Assembly (NCBI RefSeq): GCF_963921235.1
Contig: NC_086108.1
Coordinates: 37,202,001 to 37,266,000 of the forward strand
Length of the DNA: 64,000 nt
Origin: Mobula hypostoma
Lineage: Eukaryota
Reading direction: 5' to 3'
Under the pieces are notes generated by a model. It saw nothing but the letters and a program-made list of their open reading frames with translations, made no database searches and was not told the DNA's origin. The translations under genes were made by a program, and so were the position numbers. Shown in pieces: positions 63,426 through 64,000 of this stretch; within the stretch, counting starts at the first letter, position 1; each line of letters starts with the position of its first letter.

Positions 63426-64000
63426 ATATTCAGCTGTCGCATTTGACCTTGCAACAATTAATTTATATTTAAAAGTGCGCACAGATTAACTTTTAAGCAT
63501 CCTCTTACAGATGCCAAGCAATGCCCCTCCTATCAGTCTTTGGGAATCCTCTTGTCTGGAACATTTCCAGTTTTTTAAATATTGGATAGGTTAAAAAAAT
63601 CTTTAAAATTTATGTTTTTCTGCAAAACTGCTCTTGCTATTAAAATAGCTCAAGCTTCAAACTAAATTCTAGAAAGAGCTTTGAAAGTTTAGTGTTCCTT
63701 GAATATTATTATAAGGCAGGGAAACATAAAAAAGTCATGCTGTGCAAGTTGGTCTGAATGTTGTTGTGATGTTGAAATCATCTTTATTACCCAAAACAAT
63801 ATATATTGTTTTCTTTTCAACAACTTTCAAGATTTTCCCTGTTATATTCAAGCACATTACCGCAAACTACCACAAAGAATATTTTACCCTCAAGGGATTT
63901 CATTACTGGCATAGTATCTACAAATGCAGTTAAATACAAAATGTAGTTAAAGACGTGGGAAAGAAGCAGATGGGGAGAGTGTGATGTGGTGAAGCCCGAC

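Overview
Repeat-saturated vertebrate genomic DNA. The repeat types (CR1 LINEs, V-domain tRNA SINEs, Rex1/Babar, Penelope-like elements) suggest a cartilaginous fish such as a ray; this is inference only. No host protein-coding gene can be identified with confidence, although there is a weak candidate exon pair at 62.6-63.4 kb. Main contents: (1) a full-length but mutated Gmr1-type Ty3/Gypsy LTR retrotransposon (1815-8488, minus) with integrase upstream of RT, a SCAN-like gag, a tRNA-Pro PBS and a GCTT TSD; (2) a decayed Tf1/sushi-type chromovirus (29889-35547) and a small non-autonomous LTR element (42880-44949), both showing a self-priming signature; (3) four solo LTRs with TSDs; (4) Penelope-like fragments carrying minimal hammerhead ribozymes; (5) many CR1, Rex1, L1 and SINE fragments. 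The most striking feature is a ~118-nt, multiply paired RNA (27771-27888) in the 3' UTR of a HERO-like LINE fragment. It contains all three hammerhead core strands in a non-circularly permuted order: GUA site, then GAAA, then CUGANGA. All alignments and foldings were done by eye, and boundaries of elements without TSDs are approximate.
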